Shown here: piece after piece, positions 29,946 to 39,154 of the stretch | Layout: each line of letters begins with the position of its first letter | Position numbering within the stretch: the stretch's first letter is position 1 | Source: Planctomycetota bacterium | GTDB taxonomy: Bacteria > Planctomycetota > B15-G4 > SIAN01 | NCBI GenBank assembly: GCA_031409275.1 | Contig: JANNXA010000040.1 | Span: 96,001 to 160,000 of the forward strand | Length of the DNA: 64,000 nucleotides | Direction of reading: 5' to 3' | Made by a program: the position numbers and the translations under genes | The notes under the pieces: generated by a model | Databases searched by the model: none | Told to the model about the DNA's origin: nothing | What the model saw: the letters and a program-made list of their open reading frames with translations, nothing else

Positions 29946-30768
29946 CCACACGACCGATCGAGGCGAGGTCGTTGTGCACGGCAACCTCCCGCCATCCGCT
30001 CGCACGCATCTGATCGCGCGCCACGCCCGCCTGACCGGCGCCGACCTCGATCGCGAGCCAACCACCCGGCACGACGCGCGCCGCCGACTGCTCGATCAAG
30101 CGGTTTCGAAACGAAGCGGCGCTCTCCAGCCCCGGCGTCAGCGCGAACCACGGTTCGAACTTCTGGATCTCGGCCGGCAGCGCGGGCCAATCGAGCGGCT
30201 CGACGTACGGAGGATTGGCGACGACGCCGTCGAAACACGGTCGCGCCGCGATTCCATTGAACAGGTCGCTGCGAACCGCGTGGACGCGTTGCTCGACTCC
30301 ATGCGCCTTGGCGTTGTGCCGCGTGCAGCGCAGCGCATGCACGGAGAGGTCGAGCGCGACCATCGACAACCCGGCGCCGACTTCCGCGGCCAAGGTCACC
30401 GCGAGGATGCCGCTGCCGCTGCCGACGTCGGCACAGCGACCGCGCGGTCGGAACGCCAACGCGACTTCGATCAGCGTTTCGCTGTCCGGGCGCGGGACCA
30501 ACACCCCGGGGCGCACCGCGAAACGGCGCCCGTAGAACTCGCGTTCGCCGAGCAACAGCGCCATCGGCTCGCCGGCCAATCGGCGCACGGCGAGGCGGCA
30601 CGCCGACGCGACCACCGGCGGCGTCGCCACTTCGCGACCGCGCACGATCAGTCGTTCGCGCGCGAACCCGGCGGCCGCGGCGACCAGCATCTCGGCCTCG
30701 AGCGCCGGCGAATCGACCTGGCCGCGCAACCGCTCCCGCAGGCGCGCGGCCAGGTCATCGAGCGTCAT
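29926..30768 (-). CDS. prmC: Release factor glutamine methyltransferase
   Basis: RRLAGEP, VLVPRPDSE, DVGSGSG, NPPY; near prfA. Confidence 0.93.
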   Translation of the reverse strand: MTLDDLAARLRERLRGQVDSPALEAEMLVAAAAGFARERLIVRGREVATPPVVASACRLAVRRLAGEPMALLLGEREFYGRRFAVRPGVLVPRPDSETLIEVALAFRPRGRCADVGSGSGILAVTLAAEVGAGLSMVALDLSVHALRCTRHNAKAHGVEQRVHAVRSDLFNGIAARPCFDGVVANPPYVEPLDWPALPAEIQKFEPWFALTPGLESAASFRNRLIEQSAARVVPGGWLAIEVGAGQAGVARDQMRASGWREVAVHNDLASIGRVVSGRRP

Positions 30769-30784
30769 CTCGCGACCGCTTCGA

Positions 30785-31396
30785 TCAGCGGCGACGCGTC
30801 GCCGGAGCGGGGGCCGGAGCCTTCTTCTTGCCAGAGCCCAGCATCGCGCCGATGAAGCTGATCACGAAGAAGGTCGATCCGACCATCACCAGCAACCAAC
30901 CCGGTCCGATGTGCGTGAACGCCGAGTTCCAGAAGCGGACATCGGTCCACGCGGCGCCGGGCATCGAGGTGGCTGGATGAAGCAGGTCCTTGTCCTTCCA
31001 GTCGAAGGTGAGTTTCGCGGCGAATCCGGGCACGACCGCGGCCCAGGAACCGATGGCGATCAGCAGCATCACCAGCAACGGCCAGAGCTTCACGCGGCGG
31101 AACTTCATGCACCACCAGTACTGCGCCGCGATCAGCACGCCGGCGAATCCGATCAGCGCGCCGTAGAAGGTCTGCGTTCCCGCCGGCCCGACGAGGGTGC
31201 GGTTGAAGACATCGGCCTTCCACTCGGGATGCGCGGAGGTGAAGGGGAAGATCGTCCCGATCACGCAAGCCATCGCGCACCAGAAGAAGCGATAGAGGCG
31301 CGGGTCGGCGGGCTGCGGACCCGACGGTGCGTACATCGGCGGCGGCGCGGCGGCTGGTGCCGCCGTTTCGACTTCCTGAAATTCCTCAGCGCTCAT
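30785..31396 (-). CDS. Hypothetical membrane protein (about 4 TM segments)
   Basis: Four hydrophobic stretches, host-like codon usage, co-oriented within the prfA-prmC run. Confidence 0.7.
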   Translation of the reverse strand: MSAEEFQEVETAAPAAAPPPMYAPSGPQPADPRLYRFFWCAMACVIGTIFPFTSAHPEWKADVFNRTLVGPAGTQTFYGALIGFAGVLIAAQYWWCMKFRRVKLWPLLVMLLIAIGSWAAVVPGFAAKLTFDWKDKDLLHPATSMPGAAWTDVRFWNSAFTHIGPGWLLVMVGSTFFVISFIGAMLGSGKKKAPAPAPATRRR

Positions 31397-31474
31397 TCGT
31401 GGCCTCTCTGCAGATTGGCCAGCGAACTGGCCGTGGGTGTGGCATCTGTCGCGGCGCGCGCACGCGCGACCGGT

Positions 31475-32629
31475 TCACTCGTCCATCGCCGCGTCGGGCG
31501 CGGCACGATCATGCTCGTTGGCGGGCGTCCCGTCGAGCGTCCCGCGGCGCTCGAGCGCATCGAGCCGATGCTTGAGTTCGTGACGCTTGCAGGCGGTGAT
31601 GACCTCCTCGCAGTCGCCGTCGAGGAGCGTCGGCAGGTCGTGGAAGCTCTCCTTGATGCGATGGTCGGTCAGGCGGTCCTGCGGGAAGTTGTAGGTCCGG
31701 ATCTTCTCGCTGCGCTCGCCGGTGCCGATCTGCTCGCGACGGTCGCTCGCCCGCTCCCGATGGAGCTTCTGCTGCTGCAGTTCGAAGAGCCGTGAGCGCA
31801 GCGTTCGCATCGCCTTGGAACGGTTGCGGCTCTGGCTGCGTTCGTCCTGGCAGATCACCACGAGCCCGCTCGGCACGTGGGTGATCCGGATCGCCGATGA
31901 CGTCTTGTTGACCGCCTGACCACCCGGTCCTCCCGAGCGGAAGATGTCGACCTTGAGGTCCCCTTCGTTGAGATCGACCTCGACCTCCTCCGGCTCGGGC
32001 AGCACGGCCACCGTCGCCGTCGAGGTGTGGATACGCCCTTGCGTCTCCGTCGTCGGCACTCGCTGCACGCGATGGACGCCGCTCTCGAAGCGCAACGAGT
32101 CGTAGACCGCTTCGCCTTCGATCGACGCCACGTACTCCCGGAACCCGCCGACGTCACTGCGCGAGCTCGCGATCTCCTCGAAACGGAAGCCCCGGCGCTC
32201 GGCGAAGCGCCGGTACATCCGCACCAGATCAGCCGCGAAGAGCGACGCCTCGTCGCCCCCCGTGCCGGCCCGGACCTCGAGGATGATGTTGCGGTCGGAC
32301 AGCTCGTGCCGCGCGAGCAGCTCGCTCTGCAGCTCTTCGCCGAGCGCCGCCGCCTGCACGTCGCATTGCTGCGCTTCCGCGACGGCGAGCTCATGCAGTT
32401 CGCCGTCGCCCTCTGCGGCGGCCAACGCACGCGACTCCGCTGCGGTTCGCTCGATGCGAAGCAACTCGCCGAATCGGCGCATGCGCCGTTCGAGCTGACC
32501 GCTCTCGACGAGGAGCGACCGCAATCGCGCCGGATCGCGGGCGAGGTCAGGTCGGCCGAGCTGCGCCTGCAGCTCGGCGTGGTGCTGCGCCTCCGCCTCC
32601 AGGAGCGCCCGGACGGACGGGTGCAGCAT
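31475..32629 (-). CDS. prfA: Peptide chain release factor 1
   Basis: GTGGDEA, ESGVHRVQRVPTTE (PxT motif), GPGGQ, RSEKIRTYNFPQ. Confidence 0.95.
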   Translation of the reverse strand: MLHPSVRALLEAEAQHHAELQAQLGRPDLARDPARLRSLLVESGQLERRMRRFGELLRIERTAAESRALAAAEGDGELHELAVAEAQQCDVQAAALGEELQSELLARHELSDRNIILEVRAGTGGDEASLFAADLVRMYRRFAERRGFRFEEIASSRSDVGGFREYVASIEGEAVYDSLRFESGVHRVQRVPTTETQGRIHTSTATVAVLPEPEEVEVDLNEGDLKVDIFRSGGPGGQAVNKTSSAIRITHVPSGLVVICQDERSQSRNRSKAMRTLRSRLFELQQQKLHRERASDRREQIGTGERSEKIRTYNFPQDRLTDHRIKESFHDLPTLLDGDCEEVITACKRHELKHRLDALERRGTLDGTPANEHDRAAPDAAMDE

Positions 32630-32638
32630 CGTGAGACG

Positions 32639-32875
32639 TCAGGCCGTCGGCTTGGCGTCGGCCTTCGCGCTACCGTCGCCCTTGCCATAGCGGCGCAGGA
32701 ACTTCTCGACGCGGCCGGCGGTGTCGACGAACTTCTGCTTGCCCGTATAGAACGGGTGGCACGCCGAGCAGATTTCGACGCTGATCTTCGGCTTGGTGGC
32801 GCGCGTGGTGAACGCGTTGCCGCAACCGCAGGTGACCGCGCACTCGACGTACTTCGGATGGATGTCGGACTTCAT
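32639..32875 (-). CDS. rpmE: 50S ribosomal protein L31 (zinc-binding type)
   Basis: [35 protein letters not shown]. Confidence 0.97.
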   Translation of the reverse strand: MKSDIHPKYVECAVTCGCGNAFTTRATKPKISVEICSACHPFYTGKQKFVDTAGRVEKFLRRYGKGDGSAKADAKPTA

Positions 32876-32975
32876 TTCGGTTCGACCTCTTGGCGTGGGC
32901 GCACGGCGGTCGCCGCCGCGCGTTTCCACGAATGGTTCAATCAAGTTCTACTTCGCCGCGTTCGGGCGGCGCCGC

Positions 32976-33479
32976 TCAGGACTGGTCTTCGCCCGGCACG
33001 AGATCCCCGATCCAGGTCGGCAGGACGATGATGTCGCCCGCCTTGACGCCATGTTGCGCGAACCAGCCCTGCGTCATCTCGAGCGCGAGTCGGACCGCGG
33101 CGTGCGACGCCTGGCCCGACTCGTCGAACGGCTCCATGTCCGCGATGTTGACGATCCGACCCTTGCCGTCGGGCAGCTCTTCGATGAAGGCGATCGAGAG
33201 CGGGATGGCGGTATTGCGCATCCAGAAGTTGAGGATGCGCGGCGCCGGATAGACGAACAACATGCCGTGATCGGTGGGAAGCGCCTTGCGGTGCATCAAT
33301 CCGAGCTGGCGCGATTCCGACTTGTCGGAGACTTCGACGACGACCTTCTTGCCGCCGAGCTCGAACACCTTGCCGGCATCGTGCGCCTGCAGCGGCTGGT
33401 ACTCATGCTGGCACCCCGGCGCCGTGAAGACGGCGACAGCGGCGACGAGCGCGATCAAAGTGGCGCGAAGCGCGTGCAT
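32976..33479 (-). CDS. DUF192 family lipoprotein
   Basis: Lipobox-like APGC, GLMHR...GMLFVY, FWMRNTAIPLSIAFI, ALEMTQGWF. Confidence 0.85.
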   Translation of the reverse strand: MHALRATLIALVAAVAVFTAPGCQHEYQPLQAHDAGKVFELGGKKVVVEVSDKSESRQLGLMHRKALPTDHGMLFVYPAPRILNFWMRNTAIPLSIAFIEELPDGKGRIVNIADMEPFDESGQASHAAVRLALEMTQGWFAQHGVKAGDIIVLPTWIGDLVPGEDQS

Positions 33480-33560
33480 GTTCGTGCAACCCCGGCGGGC
33501 GTGGAAAAGGGCGCGGACGATACGCCCCGCCGGACGCTTTGACAATCGAGCGGGCGCCCC

Positions 33561-34166
33561 TCAGGCGCGGAGCGCTTGCCGGAGCGCCTCCGCGAGGGAT
33601 CGCACCAGATCGACGGGCAGCCCCACGACGTTGTCGACCGCACCCTCCATTCGTTCCAGGAAACGGGCCGCGCCGCCCTGGATCGCGTAGGAGCCCGACT
33701 TGCCTCGCGGCTCGCCGCTTTGGACGTAGGCGGCGACCTCGGCGGTCGTCAGCGGCCGGAAGGTGACGGTCGTGGTGGCGACGCCGTCGACTCCCAGCAG
33801 GCGCGCATGGCCGACGTGCAGCAGCGCCACCCCGGTGTGAACTCGATGCGAACGGCCACCAAGTCGAGCGAGCATCGCGCGCGCATCGGCATCGTCGACC
33901 GGCTTGCCGAGAAGTTCGCCATCGAGGTCGATCACCGTGTCGGCGGCGAGCAGCGTCCCGCGCACGCCGCGCGCAGCGACCGCGACGGCCTTGCGGCGCG
34001 CCAGCACGCGAACGGCGTCGTTCAGCGGCCCCGCTGGCGGAGTCTCGTCCACATCGGCGGCGACGACCGTGAAGGGCTCATGGACGGTCGCCATCAGCGT
34101 GCGGCGCTGCGGGGAGCCCGAGGCCAGCACCCAAGGGGCGAGCGAGTCGACGGAGGATGCGATCAC
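33561..34166 (-). CDS. maf: Maf family nucleotide pyrophosphatase
   Basis: LASGSPQRR, DVDET, AADTVI, LGKP, GKSGSYAIQG, NVVGLP. Probable GTG start at 34166. Confidence 0.9.
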   Translation of the reverse strand: MIASSVDSLAPWVLASGSPQRRTLMATVHEPFTVVAADVDETPPAGPLNDAVRVLARRKAVAVAARGVRGTLLAADTVIDLDGELLGKPVDDADARAMLARLGGRSHRVHTGVALLHVGHARLLGVDGVATTTVTFRPLTTAEVAAYVQSGEPRGKSGSYAIQGGAARFLERMEGAVDNVVGLPVDLVRSLAEALRQALRA

Positions 34167-34887
34167 CTTGCTCTTCCAGGAGTCGCGCCGCCTTGAGTTC
34201 AGCCGAGAGCCGGCCGGGCTCGAGCGCAAGAGCGCGACGATAGCTGGCGAGCGCCTCCTCCTCGCGACCGGCGCAATGGAGGAAATCGGCGCACGCCTCG
34301 TGAACCCCCGCGTGTTCCGGCAGCCGCTCGCGCGCGCGCAGGAACAGCTCGAGTCCGCGCGCCGGCTCGCCCGCGTAGAGCAGCAACGGGTGCAGCATCT
34401 CGTAGAGCTCATGGTCGCGACAGCCGCCTGCTTCGATTCGCAGGAGTCGCGCCAACGCGAACTGCAGCTCATGGTGGCGCAACTCGAGGCGCGCGCGCAT
34501 CAGATTGGCGGCGAGGTCGTCGGGCGTGACTGCGAGCGCGGCGTCGAGCGCCTGGCACGCGCCCCCCTCGTCCCCGACGGCCAGCCGCAACTGCGCCAAC
34601 GCGACCTGCACCGGCACGACGCGCGGCGCGACGACCGCCGCCTGCGCCAGCAGGAGCAGCGCCTGATCGCGATCGCCGAGGCCTTGCGCGATGCGCCCGC
34701 GACAGAAGAGCGAGAGGGCCGCGGAATCGTCGTTCACCGCGGGACCACCGGCACCGGGCCCGCTGGAAGCGACCGTCGTCGCATCGGCGGCCGTGCGACA
34801 GCTCACCGCTCCCGACAGCAGGAGCAGGAGGACGCTCGGCCGCACACGGCGCAGCGGCAGCAGCACGGCGAACTGGAGTCGCGACAT
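34078..34887 (-). CDS. TPR-repeat lipoprotein
   Basis: MSRLQ...LLLLLSGAVSC lipoprotein-like signal, then TPR-like helices (ALASYRRALALEP). 3' end overlaps maf. Confidence 0.65.
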   Translation of the reverse strand: MSRLQFAVLLPLRRVRPSVLLLLLSGAVSCRTAADATTVASSGPGAGGPAVNDDSAALSLFCRGRIAQGLGDRDQALLLLAQAAVVAPRVVPVQVALAQLRLAVGDEGGACQALDAALAVTPDDLAANLMRARLELRHHELQFALARLLRIEAGGCRDHELYEMLHPLLLYAGEPARGLELFLRARERLPEHAGVHEACADFLHCAGREEEALASYRRALALEPGRLSAELKAARLLEEQGDRILRRLARPLGAGLGLPAAPHADGDRP

Positions 34888-35137
34888 GCGCGATGACGTA
34901 CCACTTCTGTTCCGCTCCGTGGGCGGCAGCGCCGGGCAATCCGCGCGCAGCGGAAGGAGATTCCTGTCGCGGCGCGGTTCGCGGGCTAAAGCTCGCCCGC
35001 CGCGCTCGCTCTCGCCTGGCCACGCCCCATCGACCGCACGTGAGGTACGCTCCGCGGCCTGACCTGAGAACGTTCGTTCACCCGACCGGCGCCCCGCGTC
35101 GCTGCGCGACGGCGATTCCCCTACGGAGTCTGCATCG

Positions 35138-36892
35138 ATGCTCACCCCCGCACTCGCCCTGATGTTGGGCAGCTTCGCGATGTCGGACTCCCCTTCACCG
35201 AGTGCGGCCGCGCCAGCGGCGGTCGGTCGAGCGCGACGCGCCGGCGAGACGTTGCGCGATCGCGTGCTGCTCAAGCTGACGGCCGATGCGGCCACCCGCG
35301 CGGCAACGGCCACGCCGACGCGGTTCGGACTCGCGGCGCTCGATCGCGTGCTGGCCGAGGTCGGCACGACGCGCGTGCGACCGGTCTTCGCTCGCCCACC
35401 GCGAGGACGCAAGGAGCCCGCCGCGGCCGCGGCGCTCGGCATCGACCGCTGGTTCCGCGTCGAGTTCGGACGTGACGTCGCCGACCTCGACGCGATCGTC
35501 GCTCGGTTCGCCAGGCTCGGCGTCGTCGAAGTCGCCGAGCTCGATCGAGTGGTGCTGCCGGCCGTCGTGCCGAGCGATCCCGACTACGTCGGTTCGCAGT
35601 GGTCGCTGCAGCCCGCGAAGAGCAACGCCGAAGGGGCCTGGGATACGGTCACCGACGCGAGCGGACTGCTGGTCTGCGTGATCGACACCGGCGTGCAGAC
35701 GACCCATCCCGACATCGTGGCGAACCTCTGGACCAATCCCGGCGAGATCGCCGGCAACGGAATCGACGACGAAGCCAACGGCTTCATCGATGACGTGAAC
35801 GGCTGGAACTTCCTGCTCGACAACAACGACGTCTGGGACAACTGGCCGCACGGCATGCACGTGAACGGCATCATCGGCGCGGCTGGCGACAACGCGACGC
35901 AGGTCACCGGCATCGCGTGGAAGTGCCAGTTGGTGCAGGGAAAGATCTTCGACCAGGGCACGGGCACCTGGGAGGCGGGTGCGGCCGCGACCGTCTACGC
36001 CGCCGACCTCGGCGCCAGCATCACCAACAACTCCTGGGGCGACACCGTCGCCGGACCGCAAGTCTTCGACGACGCGCGCGTCTACGCCGACGCAGCCGAC
36101 GTGCTGCAGGTCGCGGCCGCTGGCAACCAGGGCAACACCAACCCGTTCTGGCCGGCCTACTACGACGACTTCCTCTCGGTGGCCTCGACCCATTCAGGTG
36201 ATGGCCTCTCGGGCTTCTCCTCGCATGGCGATTGGATCGACATGTCGGCGCCAGGCGAGGGGATCTGGAACCTCTGGGTGAATGGCGGCACGGCATCGCT
36301 GTCGGGCACGTCGATGGCCTCGCCCCACGTCGCCGGCGCCGCTGCGCTGGTGCGCACCATCAATCCGCAGCTCGACGCCAACGAGACTCGCCTCACGCTC
36401 CGCCTCCACGGGGACGACCTTGGCACGCCCGGCTTCGACAACGACTTCGGCTTCGGTCGCCTCGACATCGCCGAGGCGGTCGCGGCCGCGCGCGCCCTCT
36501 CGCTGTCCAAGCAGTCCGCGATTCGCCCCGACAGCGTCGATCTCCTCCTCGACGCTCCGAGCGAGGCGGGCATGTACCACGTGCTGCTCGCCGGCATCTC
36601 GGGCAACGAGCCCGGAATCGAGCTCGCCGACTTCGATCCGGCGGACGCCCGCCTCTTTCCAATCCAGGAGGACCTGCTGCTCGACCTGATCGCCGCCGAT
36701 CCGTACTTCCCGCTCCTGCCGAACTGGTTCGACCTGCTCGACGCATCGGGCCAGGCGACTCGCACGTTCAGCGTCCTGAAGGGGAAGTTCTTCAAGAACC
36801 AGCGCGTGTCGCTCTGCTTCTGCACGCTCGACCCGGCCGACCTCAGCAAGATCCGCTTCGTCTCGGCGCCGGTGCATTTCGACGTTCAGTGA
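35138..36892 (+). CDS. Secreted S8 (subtilisin-like) serine peptidase
   Basis: Catalytic triad motifs IDTG, HGMHVNG and GTSMASPHV; oxyanion AAGN; prodomain; C-terminal accessory domain. Confidence 0.92.
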   Translation: MLTPALALMLGSFAMSDSPSPSAAAPAAVGRARRAGETLRDRVLLKLTADAATRAATATPTRFGLAALDRVLAEVGTTRVRPVFARPPRGRKEPAAAAALGIDRWFRVEFGRDVADLDAIVARFARLGVVEVAELDRVVLPAVVPSDPDYVGSQWSLQPAKSNAEGAWDTVTDASGLLVCVIDTGVQTTHPDIVANLWTNPGEIAGNGIDDEANGFIDDVNGWNFLLDNNDVWDNWPHGMHVNGIIGAAGDNATQVTGIAWKCQLVQGKIFDQGTGTWEAGAAATVYAADLGASITNNSWGDTVAGPQVFDDARVYADAADVLQVAAAGNQGNTNPFWPAYYDDFLSVASTHSGDGLSGFSSHGDWIDMSAPGEGIWNLWVNGGTASLSGTSMASPHVAGAAALVRTINPQLDANETRLTLRLHGDDLGTPGFDNDFGFGRLDIAEAVAAARALSLSKQSAIRPDSVDLLLDAPSEAGMYHVLLAGISGNEPGIELADFDPADARLFPIQEDLLLDLIAADPYFPLLPNWFDLLDASGQATRTFSVLKGKFFKNQRVSLCFCTLDPADLSKIRFVSAPVHFDVQ

Positions 36893-36954
36893 GGTGACGG
36901 ACGGGAGGCGGGGTCGGGAAGGGCGCCTCCGAAGGGCGCCTCGGGCTCTCCTGA

Positions 36955-37260
36955 TGGCGCGAAGCGAACCGCGAAGTCGACTTCGTCGCCCGCGCCGGCA
37001 AGACGCTGCTGGCGATCGAAGTGAGAAGCGGCGCCGCGAAGGGCGCGCCGCCGGGCCTGACCGCGTTCACCGCGAAGTTCCGCGGCGCGAAGGTACTGCA
37101 AGTCGGCGGCAGCGACGGCGTGTCGCTCGAAGATCTCTTGGCGAGCGAGGTGGAGACGTGGTTGGCGGGTTGGGGGGGGAAGTCCCGGGCGCGCTACGGC
37201 GCGCTGCCGCCGCCCGTCTCGAGGGTGACACGGCTCCCAACGCCGCGTTCGGGCCGGTAG
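36955..37260 (+). pseudogene. C-terminal remnant of an AAA+ ATPase / DUF4143-like protein
   Basis: After an in-frame TGA (36952-36954) the frame reads WREANREVDFVARAGKTLLAIEVRSG...GLTAF, matching the YWR...EVDF...IEVKS tail of this family. There is no room for an upstream ATPase domain. Confidence 0.65.
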
Positions 37261-37414
37261 TGCAGCAGCTCGAACCCGGTCACTCGGCCCGATGCGTGCT
37301 TCATCAGGACGACCTCGCGCGTCGTCTCCTCGCAGATCGCCTCCTTGGTGGGGTCGTCGGTCCAAATCGTGAGCGTGTGACCGGCGAGATCGTGAAACAC
37401 CCGGCCTTGTCCAT
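37194..37414 (-). pseudogene. Frameshifted DUF2283-like small antitoxin
   Basis: ATG 37414 (MDK) is one base out of frame with RVFHDLAGHTLTIWTDDPTKEAICEETTREVVLMKHASGRVTGFE. The span is 221 nt; adding one base restores MDKxRVFHD. Confidence 0.6.
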
Positions 37415-37494
37415 GTCCGCTCCCCCACCTTGATCGCATCGGTCGGATCGGCCGTGATCAAGGACCCGCCAGCCCCTTCCGGCCGAACCACCGG
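37405..37494 (-). pseudogene. C-terminal remnant of a DUF4258-like toxin partner
   Basis: Reads VVRPEGAGGSLITADPTDAIKVGERTWTR, like the LITAYPTD.IK.GE..W ending of small toxins upstream of DUF2283 genes. Overlaps the antitoxin ATG; N-terminus missing. Confidence 0.45.
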
Positions 37495-37643
37495 CGGCCC
37501 TCGCCGCCGCGTTTCGCTCCCTGAGGCGTCCGAACGGAGCGCCGCCGTGATCTAGGCCTACTCAGACTCGCGCAACCTGCGAACGTACGCTAAGAGATGC
37601 CCCCCTCGCGCGACCGAATCCGCCGCTGCCCGTCGGAGGTTGG

Positions 37644-38030
37644 ATGGACGCTCACGACCCTTGGTGGCTTCGATCGACCCTCAACGCCAAAGCTGCGCGG
37701 CGTCTGACGACGATGGAGCCGAAGCTCTGCGTTCCGGCGGCGTCGCGGACCTACTACGCGCTGTTCCAGGCATGCATCGCTCACTTCGAAGCTGCCGGGA
37801 AGCAGGCGTCCGATTTCGGATCGAACGAGCAGCGGTGGCGCCACACGCCGGTCATGAACAACCTCAACGCGGTGCCGCGACTTTGCGCGCTTGGGAAGCA
37901 CCTCAAGTCCCTGTTCATCAAGCTGCGAAGTCGACGCGAGAATGCCGACTACGGCCCGGAGCTGCCGGAAGACGACGACGTGATCGCCGATCTCCACGAA
38001 CTGGAACGACTCCTCCCTCAACTCAAATGA
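37644..38030 (+). CDS. HEPN-domain protein (UPF0332-like), putative RNase toxin
   Basis: AASRTYYALFQA (cf. SRAYYAxF) and C-terminal RENADY (RxxADY); 128 aa, looks helical; GGAGG RBS at 37635-37639. Confidence 0.75.
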   Translation: MDAHDPWWLRSTLNAKAARRLTTMEPKLCVPAASRTYYALFQACIAHFEAAGKQASDFGSNEQRWRHTPVMNNLNAVPRLCALGKHLKSLFIKLRSRRENADYGPELPEDDDVIADLHELERLLPQLK

Positions 38031-38043
38031 ACCCGCGCCGCCG

Positions 38044-38619
38044 ATGAATGACCACCCTTCAATCGCCGAGCTCATCCTCAGTCGTTTTCGCGACGAGCGG
38101 TTCGGCCTCGACGTGACTGCCTGCCACGGAGTCGACCCTGAGACCGGCAACTCTCGGATCGAGATCCACGCGTTCCACGACGGTCGGGGCGATCGCCGTT
38201 CCGTCGAATCCCAGTTCTTCGACACCCTTGCCTCCATCGATCTCTCGGGTCAGACGGTTGATGTCGCCGGCGAACTCCACCCTGCGACGGCTACGACAGC
38301 TATCCGCGCTTCCGTGATCGCGCGAGAACTCATCCCGTCGTACATCGCGCTGCGCGCGGAGCCCTGCGCAGCGCAGCCCATCCGAGACAGATGGAGTCTT
38401 TCGTCGATCCGGACGGGAACGGCATCGCTCGAATCGAGGTCGACACATCGCATCGACTTTGCGATCCGCGATCTCTCCTCGACCGTCTTGGTAGATCTCG
38501 GCCCCCACGCTTCTAGTGGCGCATCACTCGCATGGCGTTTCAGTGGTCCACATCGTTGGACCCTGGCTTCAGACGCTGTGAACTCGCGAGACGGCAGCGA
38601 ACTCGGAGCCGCCGCATGA
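38044..38619 (+). CDS. Putative antitoxin: degenerate MNT-like N-domain plus Ser/Thr-rich aromatic tail ending ELGAAA
   Basis: Starts 13 bp after the HEPN stop; its own stop overlaps the secB-like ATG (ATGA 38616-38619). Function inferred from position and sequence pattern only. Confidence 0.55.
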   Translation: MNDHPSIAELILSRFRDERFGLDVTACHGVDPETGNSRIEIHAFHDGRGDRRSVESQFFDTLASIDLSGQTVDVAGELHPATATTAIRASVIARELIPSYIALRAEPCAAQPIRDRWSLSSIRTGTASLESRSTHRIDFAIRDLSSTVLVDLGPHASSGASLAWRFSGPHRWTLASDAVNSRDGSELGAAA

Positions 38620-39101
38620 GTTCCGCTCCAAGAGCGACAGAAGGTTTCAAGGTCCACGCGATCTTGCTCGAGCGCTCGAGTTTCGCGCGGCACCTGCAAG
38701 CCGAGTCCAAGTCAGGGACGTCCGGTGCGCAAGGACACTTCGATCTCGACGTGAAGCGGAACCTGCCGCCGACCCCCATCACTCGCCGATTCACTGAGTC
38801 ATTGACCGTCACCGCACGGGGACTCATCGGAAGCGTCGAGACTTGGAGAGCGGAAGCGACCTACCTCGGCGAATTCGAACTCGCCGAGGACTCCGAGGTG
38901 TCGATCGAGTCAGCGACCACCGTTCATGTCCCCGCACTCCTTTACGGATTCGCCCGCGAGCATCTCGCCGACCTCACCCGCAGGTCGCTCGTCGGCCAGC
39001 TGATGCTGCCGCCGATGCGATTCGTCGAAGACGAGGCGCAAGCGGAAACGGTGGCGGACGTTCCGGTGCCCACCGCCAAGAAGCAGCCGCGCAAGCGGTG
39101 A
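38616..39101 (+). CDS. SecB-like chaperone
   Basis: 161 aa; HVPALLYGFAREHLADLTRRSLVGQLMLPPMRF parallels the SecB signature P.ILFPYARE.I.....R..FP.L.L.P.NF; also KVHAILLERSSF and ATYLGEF strands. Confidence 0.8.
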   Translation: MSSAPRATEGFKVHAILLERSSFARHLQAESKSGTSGAQGHFDLDVKRNLPPTPITRRFTESLTVTARGLIGSVETWRAEATYLGEFELAEDSEVSIESATTVHVPALLYGFAREHLADLTRRSLVGQLMLPPMRFVEDEAQAETVADVPVPTAKKQPRKR

Positions 39102-39154
39102 CCGCGTACCCGGCAGTTAGGAGCTGGGAACCGCGCCGCGCCGGCGCCCCAACG

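Noticed and set aside
38616..39101. Housekeeping secB
   Set aside because: Divergent sequence, atypical codon usage and coupling to a toxin-like operon instead of a housekeeping context, so no gene symbol is given.
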